From the NCBI RefSeq assembly GCF_018977255.1, contig NW_024704742.1, forward strand, positions 17,176,001 to 17,240,000: DNA of 64,000 bases. The letters run 5' to 3'. Positions 49,496 through 64,000 of the stretch are shown in pieces. The DNA comes from Callorhinchus milii (taxonomy: Eukaryota). Positions within the stretch are counted from its first letter, which is position 1. Each line of letters starts with the position of its first letter. The position numbers and the translations under genes were made by a program. The notes under the pieces were generated by a model. The model was given only the letters and a program-made list of their open reading frames with translations. It did not search any database and had not been told where the DNA came from.

Positions 49496-50899
49496 GGAGT
49501 GTAGCAAGTTTCACAGCAGCCTGGAAAGTGCATGTAGGTACATGTGATTGGTGACAGTGAATCTCAAATATGATAAAAGGCTCTGTCTGTAAGTGAGCGA
49601 ACTGTGACTAGACTAGAACTAACAGCTGCTTCTAAAATGAAGACCCTGTTCAAAGGGACAGCTTAAAAGACTGAACGAAAGATTCAAGGACTAAATTAAA
49701 TCAAACGTGGCTTATGACTGCCTGTTTGGTTGCGAAGGCTGGTTACCTGAGCCTGTGATTTTATGTGACTTTAAGCTTTAATGTTTTCACTGTAAAACTG
49801 CATTTCACTCTTTGATAGTGTAGCCATAGGTCCACATGACAGATTTTCAAATTCTGCACTATTGATTATAAACCTTTTTGAATTATTCATATGCTTCTGA
49901 TCTTATAATAAAACTGTTTGGACTTCAGGTTCACATATCATCTAATGCCATTGAGCAGAGCCCAGAGACTAGATATAAATGTCAGACAACTGTATGTACT
50001 TGAGTCTGATAAAACTGCTTTTTGCTAGTACTTCATGCGAAAATATGGAATGCACATGTACTACAAACCTCCAATGGCAACAAATTCCACTGTTAAGGCC
50101 TCCAAACCATTCTCCTTGGCATGATTGCTTCTTTTAACTAGCCTATTAAGCCACTTAAATCATGTTTAAAGTCTTTGGCAACTGCTGATCTCCCAATGCT
50201 TTGTTTTGTGCCTCTTCATCTTCTGTATGCTGGACAGAAAGCCAATTACAGATCCTCTTCAGTACATAAAAAAGTCCTACACTTCATCCTTTCCCCCCCA
50301 TTTACTTAAGCCTGGAAAAATCTGAGCCCACTAGCTTTTGGAAAGCATGAAGGGAGGAGGATATAAATGGGTTGGACTATCGCTTGAGAGGAAGGATTTA
50401 CAAGCCCCAAAGCTCCTGTTTTTTTCAAACATTCTGTACGATTCCAGTGTTCCTCGTGTCTGTCCAACCTTTGCCCATCTGCACAGCTGCAAGAGGTGGG
50501 GCAGCTAGAGCTGAAGTTTGCTGTCGTGTACACTTTTTATATTAATTGTTTCCATCCTTGTGCATTACCCCCATCCTCCTGCTTCCTCCAGGGTGCTCAA
50601 TTCATGACAGCATCAGGTACTATAACTTTAGACAGCCTTTTAAAACACTCCTGGAATTCATTTTGTTCAATGGGTTAAATTTGAAAGATCCAGTCACCGA
50701 GAAAGACTTGCTATTTATGTTATTCTTCAGCCTCAGACACCTCTGTACAGAGTTCAAACTCACAGCTGCAGAGGAAAATCAGGTCAATCTCAGAGTTGGG
50801 AGACTTTCTGAAAGTTTGGAAATTACTCTGAAAATCCAATCAACCTCAGAACTCCTTAGAGCTTTGATTTTCTATTCACTCTGAATGGGATTTTGCAGG

Positions 50900-53280
50900 C
50901 ATTAACCCTGAAGACTTTTTTTTCCCCAAAATCTTCCCTTCCTTTGAGCACCTTACCCTTGATCACTCCTCCCCCAAAATTCTCCTTATCTATCGCCCCC
51001 TCCCAAGCTCTTCCCCTCCTTCATCCCCGACATCTCCACCCTCCTTACTTCCCTCTCCTTCTGGTCCGAACGCCTCCCCATCCTAGGCGACTTCAAGCTT
51101 CTCTTCACCCCCTCCTGCTCCACCTCTTCTGACTTCTCCTCACTTATCTCTTTCCTCAACCTCTCCCTCCACATCCACTCCACCACCCACTTCCGTGGTC
51201 ACCCCTTTGACCTGGTGATCACTCGGGGACTCACCATCTCAGACCTCACCATCATCAACAAACCAATCTCAGTCCATCACTTCATCTCCCTTAACTCCTC
51301 AATCCCCTACCCACCGCCACCCAACCCACCTCCATCTCTTCCCGCACCTGGAAAAAACCTTCCCCCCCTCTCAGCTGAATTGGAGTCATCTGAACTCCTT
51401 CCCCTCTGGGCTTCCTTCCACAATGACCTATCCTCCTCGGTCACTCTTCTCCACAGCTCCCTCTCATCCACTCGATTCCCTTGCTCCCCTCTCTTCCCAA
51501 ACCATCTCCTACTCACGTAAGTCACCATGATACACCAGCCACCTCCGCTCCCTTAAAGCACAGATGCATGATGCTGAATGCATCTGGCTTAAATCGAACT
51601 TAACAGTCGATGCCAGATCTGGCTGGACCTTATCAAATCTTAATGCTCCGCCCTTGTCCACTAAATCATTGTTCTACTCCAAGACAATCTTGGAGGACAA
51701 GGACAACCCAAGGTTCCTCTTCTCTATCACCAAACGTCTCCTCCGCCCACCCTCTCATGCCTCGCCCATCCTCACCTCCAATGCCAACTGTGAGACAATG
51801 CTGGACTTCCTTGAATCCAAAGTTGAAGGAATTAGTGCTTTCCGTCTACTACTCCCTGCCCATCTCTCCCTCCCACCCCGGGCCTTACCAACCCCTCCCT
51901 CCACACCTTCGAACCTGTCTCCCTGTCCTTTCTCACCACCAATATAACCCGCATGAAATCAACCACCTGCTCCCTCAACCCCATCCCTAACCCTCTCCTT
52001 ACCTCCCAGCTCCACCTCCTTGCCTCTCTACTCACAGACATCATTAACCTCTCCTTGTCCTCTGGTACTGTTTCCACCCCATTAAAAATGGCCGTCATCA
52101 CTCCTATCCTTAAAAAGCCCTCCCTGGACCCATCATTATTCTCAAATTACCGCCCCATCTCCAACCTCCCTTTCCTCTCCAAGGTCCTGGAACGAGTTAT
52201 TGCTTCCCAGCTTCGCTCCTTCCTCTCCCGCCACTCCCTTGATGAACCCCTCCAATCGGGTTTCTGAGGCTCCCTCTGCCTCCTCGTCCTCCTTGACCTC
52301 TCTGCTGCCTTCAGCACAGTTGATAACTCTATCCTCATCCACCGCCTCTCCTCTCACCTCAACGGCTCTGTCCTTGACTGGGTCAGATCATACCTCTCAC
52401 ACCACCTCCACTTCATCTCCACAAACGGGTTCTCCTCTTGTCCCCGCACCGCCTCATGCGGCATTCCTCAGGGATCTGTCCTTGGTCCCCTGCTCTTCAA
52501 TATCTATATGCCCCCTCTTGGTGACATTATCCACAGACATGGGGTCAACTTCCACATTTATGCGGATGACACACAACTGTACCTCTCTACCTCCACCCTT
52601 GACTCCAGGACCACTGCTGTTCTGACACAATGTCTGTCAGACATCAAGTCCTGGATAAGAGCTAACTTTCTGCAGTTGAATGTCAACAAGACCGAGGCTC
52701 TCCAGACTGGCTCCCATCAGCGCCTTCACATTCCACCTTACTAAGCCAGTCCGGAACCTTAGGCTCTTGTTTGACCCTCAACTATGCTTTCTACCCCACA
52801 TCTGTGCCATAACCCACTATGCCTTCCCCCATCTCCGCAACATCGCCCGGCGCTGCCACTGTCCCACACCACAGGCTGCCAAAACCCTCATACATGCATT
52901 CATTATATCGAGGTTTGACCTCCTAACCCCCTATTATCCTGCCTGCTCTCTCCGCTCAGTGGGCTCCAGCCTCCTTCACATCCCACACCTCGCCTGCCCC
53001 ACCATTGGCGGGCGGTCCTTCTGCTACTCTGCCACCACCCTCTGGAATTCTATCCCGTAGTCCTTCCGCCTCACCCCCTCCCTTAACTCCTTCAAGACCC
53101 ATCTCAAGACCCTCCTCTTCGACCATGCTTTCAATCACCCTGCTTCCCCCCCCCACCCCCGCCCGCCACCCTCCCCAATCCTGACCGCCAGCTCGGGTCC
53201 AAAAATCTGACTGTCCAACGCCTTGCGACGTCCTCCTGACGTGAATGGCGCTACACAAATATAATTTTATTGTTGTTGTT
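50900..53280 (+). mobile_element. Long frameshifted L2 LINE ORF2 remnant in CPE intron 7
   Basis: LKKPSLDP..NYRPISNLPFLSKVLERV, FHIYADDTQLY, IGGRSFCYSATTLWNSIP; (TTG)n tail. Confidence 0.92.
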
Positions 53281-53384
53281 TTACACAAGCTCTCTACAGA
53301 GAGCATGCATGAAATAAAGTTAATCTGTCTGTTCAGTTGGATGTTGAAGTTCCCACCGCACTATTCGATAACTAGAAGGGAGAT

Positions 53385-53738
53385 TATGTAGCTTATGGTT
53401 AGAGCACTCGTAAGCGACAGGACCTGGATTCGATTTCCCAGGCCGGGCGAAATGTCAGGCAAGTTTCATTACTCCACAAACCTCCATTTACCTAGCAATA
53501 AGTGGTTAGTCGATTGGTGGATTGCTTTTCCGGGGGTAATAATTCCTTCAAAATAAATAAAATCATTTGGTCACTCAATCCACAGCTGTTTGTGGGACAC
53601 TGCTGTGCAATTCGCAGCCACGTTTCGCCCATAAAATACAGTCAATTCACTTTATAATATATTTTGTATAGCGCTTTGAGGCGTCTCGAAGATGTGATAA
53701 GGCGCTATATCAAATGCAAAGATTATTATTATTATTAT
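53385..53738 (+). mobile_element. Full-length tRNA/Deu SINE
   Basis: Head, core and tail present. Confidence 0.8.
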
Positions 53739-54119
53739 CCCGGCATTCTGGCAGACAATCCCCCAGATAAAATTGTTTGCAACAATTACTACTGCAAGGA
53801 TTATTATAATAGTTATCCACTGAAATGTGTTGAGGCAGTTCTGTAATGGAATCCTCCAGTTCTGAAAGTGTCTTGACTTTCTTTTTCCTTCTGCTACAGT
53901 ATGGTTCCATGAGCTACAAGCTCTGCCTAGTACCTCACCAAGTGGTCATTATACATCGGTTTATAATGAATACCAGTCTGGGCTCACGTTTGTTACATCC
54001 TCGCACTGGGAAATTCTCTGCTTCTCCCCTGTAAATTCACATGTTTTAGCCTTAACACCATGTGACCTTTCAGGCTTGGACAGGTTTGGATTCAGGTGTG
54101 ACATCCCGGGGCCCAAATA

Positions 54120-54900
54120 GACATCATACTCAGGCTGTATAGTGCTCTTCTCAGGTCACACCTAGACTACTGCATACAGCTCTAGAAAAGGCTGCTACAG
54201 GCAGTGCAGAGGAGTTCAGTTAGGATGATCCCCAGTGTTAGATGAATGAGCTGTGAGCGATTATCAGACAAGGTAGGAGTCTAGTCTCTAGGTCTTGAGA
54301 GAAGACAACTCAGAGAAGAACTAATACAGGTGCATAACATTTTAAATTCTAGGCAGCGCGAAACGTTGGGCAAGTTTCCTTACTCCACACACCTAATAAT
54401 AATCCCTCCAAAACAAAAAAACAATAATAAATTGGCCATTTTCAATCCATGACTGTTCGTGGGACATCGCTGTGCGCAATTGGCTCCTGTGTTTCGCCCA
54501 CAAATATACAGTCAATTCACTTTACAGTATATTCTGTGAAGTGCTTTGAGAAGTCCAGAAGACGTGAAAAGCGCTATATCAAATGCAGGGATTATTATTA
54601 TTTATTATTATTAAATGGGATTGAAAATGTAAACACAGAACTATACTTTAGGTATACCTAGACAGTAGAACAAGAGGACATGGATTTTGAGCTGTAAAGG
54701 AAAGGCCAATTTCAGGACAGATACCAGGAAGTCTTTCATTACTTAGAAGGTAATCAACAACTGAAACAGGTTAACCAGAAAGGTAATTGAGGAAGCCAGG
54801 ATACTTGACTCATTTCAAAAACAGCTTTATATCGTGATGCGGAAGGTAGAGTGGATGTCCTGGAGGGATGAGACCAGATGGGCCAAAGCATCTTCTTCAA
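54120..54900 (+). mobile_element. Old CR1 fragment interrupted by a SINE (~54350-54612)
   Basis: Degenerate CR1 3' sequence on both sides of a SINE body; TTAAAT flanks the SINE. Confidence 0.65.
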
Positions 54901-55184
54901 CCAACTTAATCTTGTGGTATTTTGAACTTTCAGTAGGAGACGTTCAGGCTCAGATGCGACATCTCTGGACCCAGATACCTGACTGCCCTTGCCCATTGCC
55001 CTTAAATTGAATATTGTGCAACATTTCGTAAAACTCTTAAATTCCATGTCAATTTGGAAGCTGATTTTATTCCAACAGTTCTCTTTGGTGCAAGCTTTAG
55101 ATTTAAATTATTCCCAACAGCCCCTTTTAAATCCCGAACAGTTTTGTCCTCCAAGCAGAGGGTACTTAATCCTTTTATACGTAC

Positions 55185-55284
55185 CAGATGTGATGTCATG
55201 ATCTATGCCTTCCACAGAAATGGAGGCATTAGAGAGTGGGTTGCCCTGGTGATCCCGGACAAAGCCTTTGACCCCGCGGTGCAC
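55185..55284 (-). CDS. CPE: Carboxypeptidase E exon 7
   Basis: [39 protein letters not shown]| acceptor, |GTACGT donor; 100 nt. Confidence 0.96.
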
Positions 55285-55679
55285 CTGAAATGGAATCAGG
55301 ATAGCATTCAATGAAAGAAATAACCATATATCGAAACTCAATGCTTCAGTTCAACCACATCCATTCAACTGGAAAATAACAACCACCATTTTGCATCGAC
55401 ACAGCACCTTTCATGTTGTAGGATATCTCAAAGCTTCGCAGGGTGGACTGGGAGCCCAAACGTGGGAGATGGGGGGGGAGCTGAAGAATGACTGAGGGTA
55501 GGGGAAGAAGGCAACCAAAGGTGAAGGTTGAAAAGAAAGCATGTAAGGCAAGCTTTAAAGGTGGAGCACAGTGACTGAAAGCTTGTCATGCCCTCTGTTC
55601 CACCATCGGTGCCCATGCTGTCAGCCACGACACCCCAAAACTCTTTCTTTATCCCTCCGTCATGCTCATTCCGGAGCCC

Positions 55680-55860
55680 AAATTATTACCCCCAGAAAAT
55701 TGATCTGCCAATCGACTAGCAACCAGATTCCTACTTACTGCTAGATAAACAGAGGCGTGTGGAGTAAGAAACCTGTCTAACGTTTTGCCCTGTCGGGAAC
55801 TGAACCCAGGGACTCTCGCTTGCGAGGTAAGTGCTCTAACCACTAAGCTACAGAACTCCA
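55680..55860 (-). mobile_element. SINE 5' part (tRNA-like head)
   Basis: Reverse complement reads GGAGTTCTGTAGCTTAGTGGTTAGAGCAC..GGTTCAGTTCC. Confidence 0.8.
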
Positions 55861-56523
55861 CTAGGAGCACTCTATGCTTCAGCACATTGACAATCACCAT
55901 GCTCCCCTTAAAGGGACAACATTTCCACAATAAAGTGTTTGCATAAGCATTCCTGATTTGAGGAAGAGGAAGAACAGTGGAAATGCTGTGCAATTGTTTA
56001 AATATTTTGCATATGTTTTTAAGAGGGTGCTGAAGGCTGCGGGATTGTAGGAAAGAGAGTTTGGGGGATTGGTACGGAGAGCAGGGGCATAGTGGCTGAA
56101 TTCTCATTCACCAATGGTGGAGCAGAAGAGAGGAATGAACACTTTGCCCACTGAAGGTAGTGACTCTAATGCCAGAACAGGTTGCATTGTCACAAGTAAC
56201 AACAACAACAACAAGATTACATTTGTATAGCCTTATTGCTTCATCAAAGTAGTCTTTTATCATGAGTGAGGCTGGACAGCAATTATCAGTGGACTATTCA
56301 ACCATGGAGAGGGTAATTAACCCTGTTTGGGTTCAATCAGATTATCTGCATTAATTGGGACTAGCAAAAAGTGTGGATAATTGGACACTGTGCAAATTAG
56401 CTACAATGCTAACCAAAATAATGTTCCATTATTACGCTATCACAATGGTATCACACTGGGCTAGCTCTTCTCTCTCCGCCACTTTCTCTCTGACTCTTTT
56501 TTCTACCTCTCCGTCTGTGTTTA

Positions 56524-56554
<31 letters not shown>

Positions 56555-57112
56555 ATGAGTGTCTCTTTGACTTTATATCTCTCTTTCTCAATGCCTACAA
56601 TATCTCTATCTCTAACCCTAATTTGTAAAACTAAAAGAACTTACCCTCGCTACTTCCAAAAAGACACTGTTTTTGTTTAATGCAAAGTGCACACATACAC
56701 ATGAGACTGTATTGCTCAACCAAGGCCAACGCTTTGTTCAACCTCAAGTGCAATTATGCACAATGGTATTTCTCAGGCCATGTGGTCCAACTTTCACTTC
56801 GAAAGCCTATGCAGATAAATAGACATGCAGATAAATGGCTTTGTACTGTATCTGCGTGTTCTATTTCCAGGAAATGTTACTGAATATATAATCAGGAATG
56901 TGGACCTGAGCAAATGCACATTCATCCCAACTGATCTCAATAACTTTCCTGGAATCAGCTCACAACAACAAATGTGAATGCAGTTCAGAATACAGACAAG
57001 GCTATGTATGGCTTGACAATGGGCCAATGCTGGTTAAAGAGGTCAAAGAAGAGGGATGCCTTTCTACAATCAGCTTGGTCCAGGAACTCTGTGCATTTTC
57101 CACTTCACTAAC

Positions 57113-57252
57113 CTGTTCAATATAATTAATGAGGGAGTTTTTATTGTCCTTCCAGTATTGTGGCAGTGTGTCCTCTGGTGGGAACTTCTCGCAACTCAGC
57201 TCCACTGTAATCTCAAAGCAATTGCTGCTGAGGTAGTTGAAATCCTGCATAC
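57113..57252 (-). CDS. CPE: Carboxypeptidase E exon 6
   Basis: (G)[46 protein letters not shown], including the catalytic Glu of VELSC; AG/GT sites; 140 nt. Confidence 0.97.
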
Positions 57253-57913
57253 CTGGAAGACAGCAAAAGCACTATTATATTGTCTGAAATGGTCAACACT
57301 TTGGGATAAAATTAGTGAATGATGATTACCGGGAGTTCTCCCTGCCCCCACGGACATACTGATCTCAGTCAGAGAGCAGAAATGATGCAGTGATCCTTAG
57401 GCTAGGACCAAGGTCCTTGGTAAGGAGGGGAATAGATGTATAAAGGTGAGGGCAAGATCACCTAAGAATGAGTTAAAGAAAACGACCCTGGGTGCTCTCC
57501 GTGGACAGACAAACATCGGCACACAGTGTCAGGCTCATGTATAAAGTTCTTCCCATGAAACTATGCCCCAGTGTAAGTCACCATTCCCAGACGCAAGGAG
57601 ATAAAACAGGAGGAAATAAGCAGCAGACATTTAAAGTTTCTATGTATGTTTCGTAAAAGTTGCGTACCACCATTGTGCAGTCAGGCACAGCAGTGTCCCA
57701 CAAACAGCCACAGAGTGAGTGACCAAGTTTATCTGGGGGAATGTTGGCCAAGACTCCATTCTGTAGCAAAGTGAAAAAAAATGATCACTGCAGAGTTTTG
57801 AAGATTGCACGGGCATTTCCCAGGGCAGAACGTTATGTTTCAAGTCAAAGCACGTAGAATTGACTCAGGAGTTAGTATCAAAGCTGTTGCTTTAATGGTT
57901 AGTTGTGACATAC

Positions 57914-58096
57914 CTCCTGGGACGCTGTACCAAGCTCCTCCATTGGTTGTTCCATCCACAAAGCTGCTGTCGTCGTCATTTGAATGGCACGGGGGTCGTT
58001 TGGGGTTGGACATGACAGGATTGAAAGTGGCATACTCCCCTGCCAGGCTTTTAAAAATGGTATCATCAGGGCACGCACTGTACTCGTGAATGGAAC
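57914..58096 (-). CDS. CPE: Carboxypeptidase E exon 5
   Basis: [64 protein letters not shown]| acceptor, |GTATGT donor; 183 nt. Confidence 0.96.
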
Positions 58097-59307
58097 CTGT
58101 GGGGGCACAAGAGAAAGAAGCAATTCAGGTCAGCATTCTGGTCCAAACCTGATGCAACAAATCATTTCCATTTAAAAAGCAGCTTGGTGCTGTGATGGGA
58201 GGATGGGAGGGTATACTGGAGGGATGAGATCAGAATCGGCCAAAGTGCCTCCTTTGTACAAACCAATCTGGTGATCTTGTTATTAAAAAAATAATTCTGT
58301 GTGTTTTTTTTAAGTTACAATATTCACCAATCACCATATGCACAGAATCCCATGCTATCCTTCAGGTAATAATTACCTCAGTAGTGACAACAATTCACAA
58401 CAACAATTGCATTTATACAGAGCCCCTCACACAGGGTACCTAGCGTCCCAGAGCATTTGCCAATAGCGGAGCTCGACACCGAGCCAGGGGAAGAGGGGAG
58501 ATGACCGTAATTGAGAGAGTGTTCCAGCCTTACGTTTAGGAACCCCAAATTCTACCTGGTTTCAGCCTTTACACCATTGTCCTAAACATTTCGAATTGTT
58601 CCAGAATTTTGTCAATTTCATGAATTCAGTCTAAATTTAGAGCTGATGTTTCTCAGGCTTTTTTGAGAGCTGAATAAAAAAATAGGCTCCCAAATTAACT
58701 AATTGTAAGAATTTGCTAACTTTCTGGATAATCTGAAATTTTAGGACAATGGTCTTAAGGCTAAAACCAGGTGGAATTTCAGGCCTCCCTTTACCCAGTT
58801 GAATGTGTAAAAAAAATATTGTAGTTAGGTACAAAATTGTCCAAATCTATGTGTGCTGAACTTTTGCACCCCCCACCCCACACATACACACACACACATT
58901 CTTCCTTCCTCTCCTGATGGTGTTCCTGACTCTTTGTTGTGAGATGGTTCTTTGGATCCCTGCCCTAGTGGCTATTCTTCACATGAAAGTGCAGACAGTG
59001 AGTGTTGGCAGGTTATTCAACCATGGGCAGCAATGGATCTTATCCTCGCACACACAGATATCAACTGAAATGGCAATCAGGAACAAGAATCCTGGCTGTT
59101 ATCGCCCGACCTCTCAGCCCAGTGAGAATAATTCTGCCCCCTCTTACTGCTGCTCAGGTGGAGATAAACCACTCAAGAGAGGCAAAGATTTGAACTAAGG
59201 ATCTTCCCAATCCAGATTGGCTCAATTTGACAAGAGGCAGTAGAGTTACTAGCTGAGCGAGGGTAAATGTCAAAGTATTAATTCTAGATGTAGTAAAGAG
59301 TTTCTTA

Positions 59308-59472
<165 letters not shown>

Positions 59473-60284
59473 TTACAAATCAAACATCACGTTTTAAAAC
59501 ATAAGGCATCAAACAAACTATTGCAATCAACACGTAAATAATAATCTTTGTATTTGATCTAGCACTTTACCATATCAAAATGTCTCAAAGTGATTAATAG
59601 AGTTTTTCTGTATAGTGACAGCGCAATTACAGGGGAAAGCGGCAGCCAATTTGAACACAATAATGTCCCCCACACAGTGAATGAACAATTTTTATTTTAT
59701 CTGGGGGATTGTTGGTCAGGACACCATGAGAAACTCCCTATTCTCTTCAAATACTGCCATAGGATCTTTAACATCCACCTGAACAGGCAGATGGGACCTG
59801 AAGGGCATAATCAAAATTACAAAGACCCAAAACATAATAATAATCCTTGCATTTGATACAGCCTCTTATCATTCATTGAAACAACTCAATTTTACTGTGA
59901 AATAAAATAAAGTGATTGTGTTTATGTAGACATAAATTTACAAATGTCTGTGCTCTATCTGATTATTTAGGTATCACAATTTATGGCTGCAGACATTGCT
60001 TTTGAATCTCGTTATTTGGTTATGTACATTTTAATTCCTTCCCCTTTTCCTCAGCTTCACAGTAACATCTCACAGCCAAAAGAGCAGTCGAGAGAGCCAT
60101 GCAATTCCTGTGTTTTTTAGGAACCACAATTAGCAAGACCAGCCCTTCCTCAGTATGAGCTGAAATGATAGGCAGGAGTTATATAGCAAGCAAAGTGTTC
60201 CACCTAGTGGTCTACTTGGGGCATAACAAACTTTAGAAATCGGACAAAACAGAGGCCAACTTCATGATTCAATTTGATATTGAT

Positions 60285-60630
60285 AATAATAATCATAATC
60301 CTTGCTTTTGATAGGGCGTCTTATCGAATCATTGAGACATCTCAAAGCACTTCACAAAGCATTCAAGCATAAGTGAATTGACTGTATATTTCAATTGCGC
60401 ACAACAGTGCCCCCCAAACAGTCGTGGATTGAGTTACCAATTTTTGAGGGGAGCAATTACCATCCCCGGTTAGCGATCTGCCAATCAACTAACAACTGGG
60501 TTCCTACTTACTGCTAGGTAAACAGAGGCATGCGGAGTAAGGAAACTTGCCTAAGGCTTCGCCCTGCCCAGGAATAGAACCCGGATCCTCTCGCTTGCAA
60601 GGCAAGTGCCTAACCAGTATGCTTCAGGAC
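60285..60630 (-). mobile_element. Full-length tRNA/Deu SINE
   Basis: Reverse-complement head, core and tail. Confidence 0.8.
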
Positions 60631-61627
60631 ACCTACAATCACATTAAATCAACCTGAACATGCCAAAGCTTTTCTTAATGGAGGTCTTTGAAGCAGGTCT
60701 GAGGCATTGAACTTCCAATTCTAAATAGTGGAAGCTTTTGACTGTCAGCTAACAGAATTCCGGAGGTTTTTGTTCAGTAAAAAGCCAGTAGCCAGCAACT
60801 GAAATCTGAATACACTAATAAAGTTTGGTTAAACTGGTAGTACCTTCACCCCTGTTTATAAAGGTTCAGCCCCAGAGCAGACGTGTGAGAGCACTGCAGT
60901 AATGGAGGTGTTGTTCAGATGAAAAAACAACTTGAATACAGATACAACTTTTATATAAATAGCATCTTTCGCATAGAAAAACACTCAAAGCAATTCACAG
61001 AGACAGAGTAGGAACATTAAAGCTCAGGTCAGTTACCTGTTAAAGTTCCCTGGTGACAAGTTTACATTCTTGTGTAGAATTACATAGAAAGTTACAGGTT
61101 GGAAACAGGTTATTTGGCTCAACTAATTAGATTAATTAATGATTAATTAACATGACTAATGTGCATGGGGCATTCCTATTGTAGATTAGCTGTCATATTT
61201 GCCTATATATTTGCCTGTTACTGCACTTCAAAAGTAACTCCTAATTCAACAATAACAACTTGCATTTATATAGCGCCCTTCACGCAGGGTAGCATCCCAG
61301 AGCGCTTCACAATGGCAGAGTCTGACCCCAAGCCAGGGGGAGAAGGAGTGGGGAGGTGACCGTAAGCACGATCAAAAAGGAAGGACTTTAGGTGGGATTT
61401 GAAAGTGGAGCGGGAGGGTGCAAGGTGGAGGGAATTAGTATAATAGAATAAATACATTAATACAAATTGTTTTGACACAAAGGAGCACTATAACACATGC
61501 ATTCTAGATGGCTAAAAGAAACAGTTAACCTGCACCCTCATCTTTCTTAGTCTCTTACCCTTTCTCCCTCCCTTTTCTCTGACCTCCTATCTCCCAAATC
61601 TTTTTCCTCTAGCTGAAACCAAACTCT

Positions 61628-62258
61628 CCTCAGCCAAGTGTCTGACACATGCAGAAACCTATCACCATGCTTAATAGTATCCAAACCAATCTGAGAATCC
61701 CATCATCTCATCTACACATGGAAATTCCAGAGATAGATTGTTGGAATGAAATGCGCACTCTCTCCCTGGAGGGACACATCCTGCTTACCTAATTCCAGAA
61801 AGTATTAGGCACAGGTTGGCGAGAACCAACCTCAATTCAACTGGGGACCCCAGTTGGAGTACTGCTGGAGTCTAACCAACTAAAACCTCATAGCTTGCCA
61901 TTGAGAGCACTGCCTGGCAAGCGTTCCCAATGCTTGTCCAGCTAGGACCAGCCTACCTGTTAGGGCTTTGGCTTGCAGCGTTAACAGGAGCTAAGTGGAA
62001 TGATTCAACAACAACAACTTGCACATATAGCGCCCTCCATGCAGGGTAGCGTCTCAGAGTGATTCCCTGCGCTCAGTGAATGGTCTGCCCTTCCACGTCC
62101 TGCCAATGAGCCAGGCTGGCTTTGCTGTCATCAGCAGTGCCCTGTAATACTGTGAGTCCACCTGGCTCAGGAATCGGACTAGTCACAGCTTTGGCTCAAT
62201 TCCGACATTCTGTTGCCAAACATGTCACCTTGGAGCCAGTTCAGCTCCAGGGAGACCC
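61628..62258. repeat. Unclassified interspersed repeat, long inverted copy with a short L2 tail inserted (~62007-62059)
   Basis: Reverse complement of 4451-4975; the insert is flanked by TGATTC. Confidence 0.8.
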
Positions 62259-62334
62259 CTCTTATCTCTCACTGTAAGATATTTACTGATGCTTAACACC
62301 CATGGGCTTGTCTCAGCATTGGGCGGTCACCTAC

Positions 62335-62502
62335 CCTGGTATTTTTGTCCACAGCAACCTTCATGTTTTTCAGCAGGTGATTGTTGGGCCCCCCTTCCCT
62401 TTCATACACGTAGGCAATTCGGTCCAGATCTGGGAAATTTCTGTTGAGGTCTATTCCTTGGGCATTGCTGCGACCAACAAGCCAGTCCTTCAGATTACCT
62501 GT
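62335..62502 (-). CDS. CPE: Carboxypeptidase E exon 3 (exons 1-2 lie beyond the window)
   Basis: [56 protein letters not shown] (M14 DLNRNF motif); TTCCAG| acceptor, |GTAGGT donor; 168 nt. Confidence 0.97.
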
Positions 62503-63519
62503 CTGGAAGGGGAAAAGCAGAGAGAAAAATCTGGATGAAACTATACTGATGATTGAATTAAAAATGGCCTGTGAAACATAAGCCAAATATTGCTTAAAAT
62601 GTAGACAAACAGTCATATAATGTTTAGAGCACAAAAATTACTCCAATCCATTTTTGCTCTCCACTAAGTTGTATATAATCTGTTGCAACAAGAATGCTTT
62701 GAGGAAGTTCATACATAATAACAATTTTACACGGTAACAATTTCAGGTAGTAGCAGACCATTGCAACTTCCTATAAAAGCGCCAATAACAGGGGAGTTGA
62801 AAGGCATGTTTCTTGGAACATAAGAACAAAGGAGGCCATTCAATCCATCCAGCCTACTCCACCAATTTATTAGATGACAGCAGATCTTTTAAAACCACTG
62901 TTATCTTTTATGGTCCTGTACATTTCTATTTTTAGGAAACTAATGTTGGTGCTCCAAAACCTTCAACCGATGCAAGCTTTTCATACAAAATTGGATCCAG
63001 ACTTTATATTTCAAATGAAGCATTCCAACACGCACAAGTAGCAAAGTTGATTTCAGTAAACCAGACCTGCTGAAGGCTGGTGCCACAAGATGACAAGACT
63101 GAAAAGATTATTGCATCAAAAACTGCCTGTAGTAAAACCTGATCAAATGTAATCAATGCATCAATTGCACCATGAAGACCATCTCCTGCAAGTGATTTGG
63201 AAATGGCACTCAAAATCAGTTTGATTTCTCTAAAATGGATTCACGTTGGACTTTTACCTTCAATACAACTCGTGCATTGTGTCAGATCAATGCACAAATG
63301 AAGTATATAAATAAATCATATCAAAACTATTTGAAAACGAGGAGAGACTGGAGAAACTAGGCCTATTTTTATTGCAACAGAGAATGTTGAGTAGAGACCT
63401 GATAAAGCTATTTACAATTATGAGAGGCTTTAATAATCGATAGGGTAGAATGTTTTGCGTATGCGGTAATTAGGCAAGATCTATTTCAGTTTTCAAGAGG
63501 GAAAAAGTAGTAGTTCACA

Positions 63520-64000
63520 ACAACAATAAAACAAAATTACATTTGTACAGCGCCTTTCATGTCGGGAGGATGTCCCAAGCCGCTAGACAGACAGAGTTTC
63601 AGATCAGAGCTGGGGGTCGGGATCAGGGAGGGTAGAGGACAGGGGGGGAAGCAGGGAGATCGAAAGCATGGTCAAAAAGGAGGGTCTTGAGATGAATCTT
63701 AAAGGAGGCAAGGGAGGGGGTGAAGCGGAGGGACTGCGGGTGGAGTTCCAGAAGATGGGATTGGCAGAAGGTCCGCCCGCCAATAGTGAGGCGAGTGAAG
63801 CGAGGGACGTGAAGCAGGCCAGAGCACACTGAGCGGAGGGAGCGAGCAAGATGGTAGGGGCTTAGGAGGTCACAGAGATGGGGGGAGCAAGACCATGGAG
63901 GGCTTTGAAGGTGAGGATCAGGATCTTGAACTGTATCCTCTGTGTGATGGGAAGCCAGTGGAGTCAGGCGAGGATGGGGGTGATAGGGTTACGGAGCCTC
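63520..64000 (-). mobile_element. L2 LINE 3' end, running off the window
   Basis: GLLHVPRFTRLTIGGRTF..SFKIHLKTLLFDHAF; stem-loop tail. Confidence 0.88.

Overview
AT-rich, repeat-dense vertebrate genomic DNA, most likely from a cartilaginous fish (inferred from a tRNA-headed Deu-domain SINE, L2/CR1 LINEs and the CPE sequence). Two genes converge tail-to-tail. (1) On the minus strand lie the last seven coding exons (3-9 by mammalian numbering) of carboxypeptidase E (CPE), 44592-62502. (2) On the plus strand is an unrecognised 3-exon gene (28194-28253, 37096-37257, 37936-38994) that splices in phase 0 into a 426-aa type I membrane protein. It has a signal peptide, a ~22-aa ectodomain, one TM helix and a ~355-aa tail with no recognisable domain, carrying 10 Tyr plus YDVP, PPxY, DSGxxS and C-terminal PDZ-type motifs. 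This is transmembrane-adaptor-like architecture and is the main novelty candidate. The first 28 kb has no supportable gene. It does contain a ~3-kb, ~30-bp-unit purine satellite arranged as two inverted arms, and several fold-back palindromes. Other notable structures are a 53-bp templated insertion shared between two L2 copies and an unclassified ~500-bp interspersed repeat. Repeat boundaries are approximate (read by eye).
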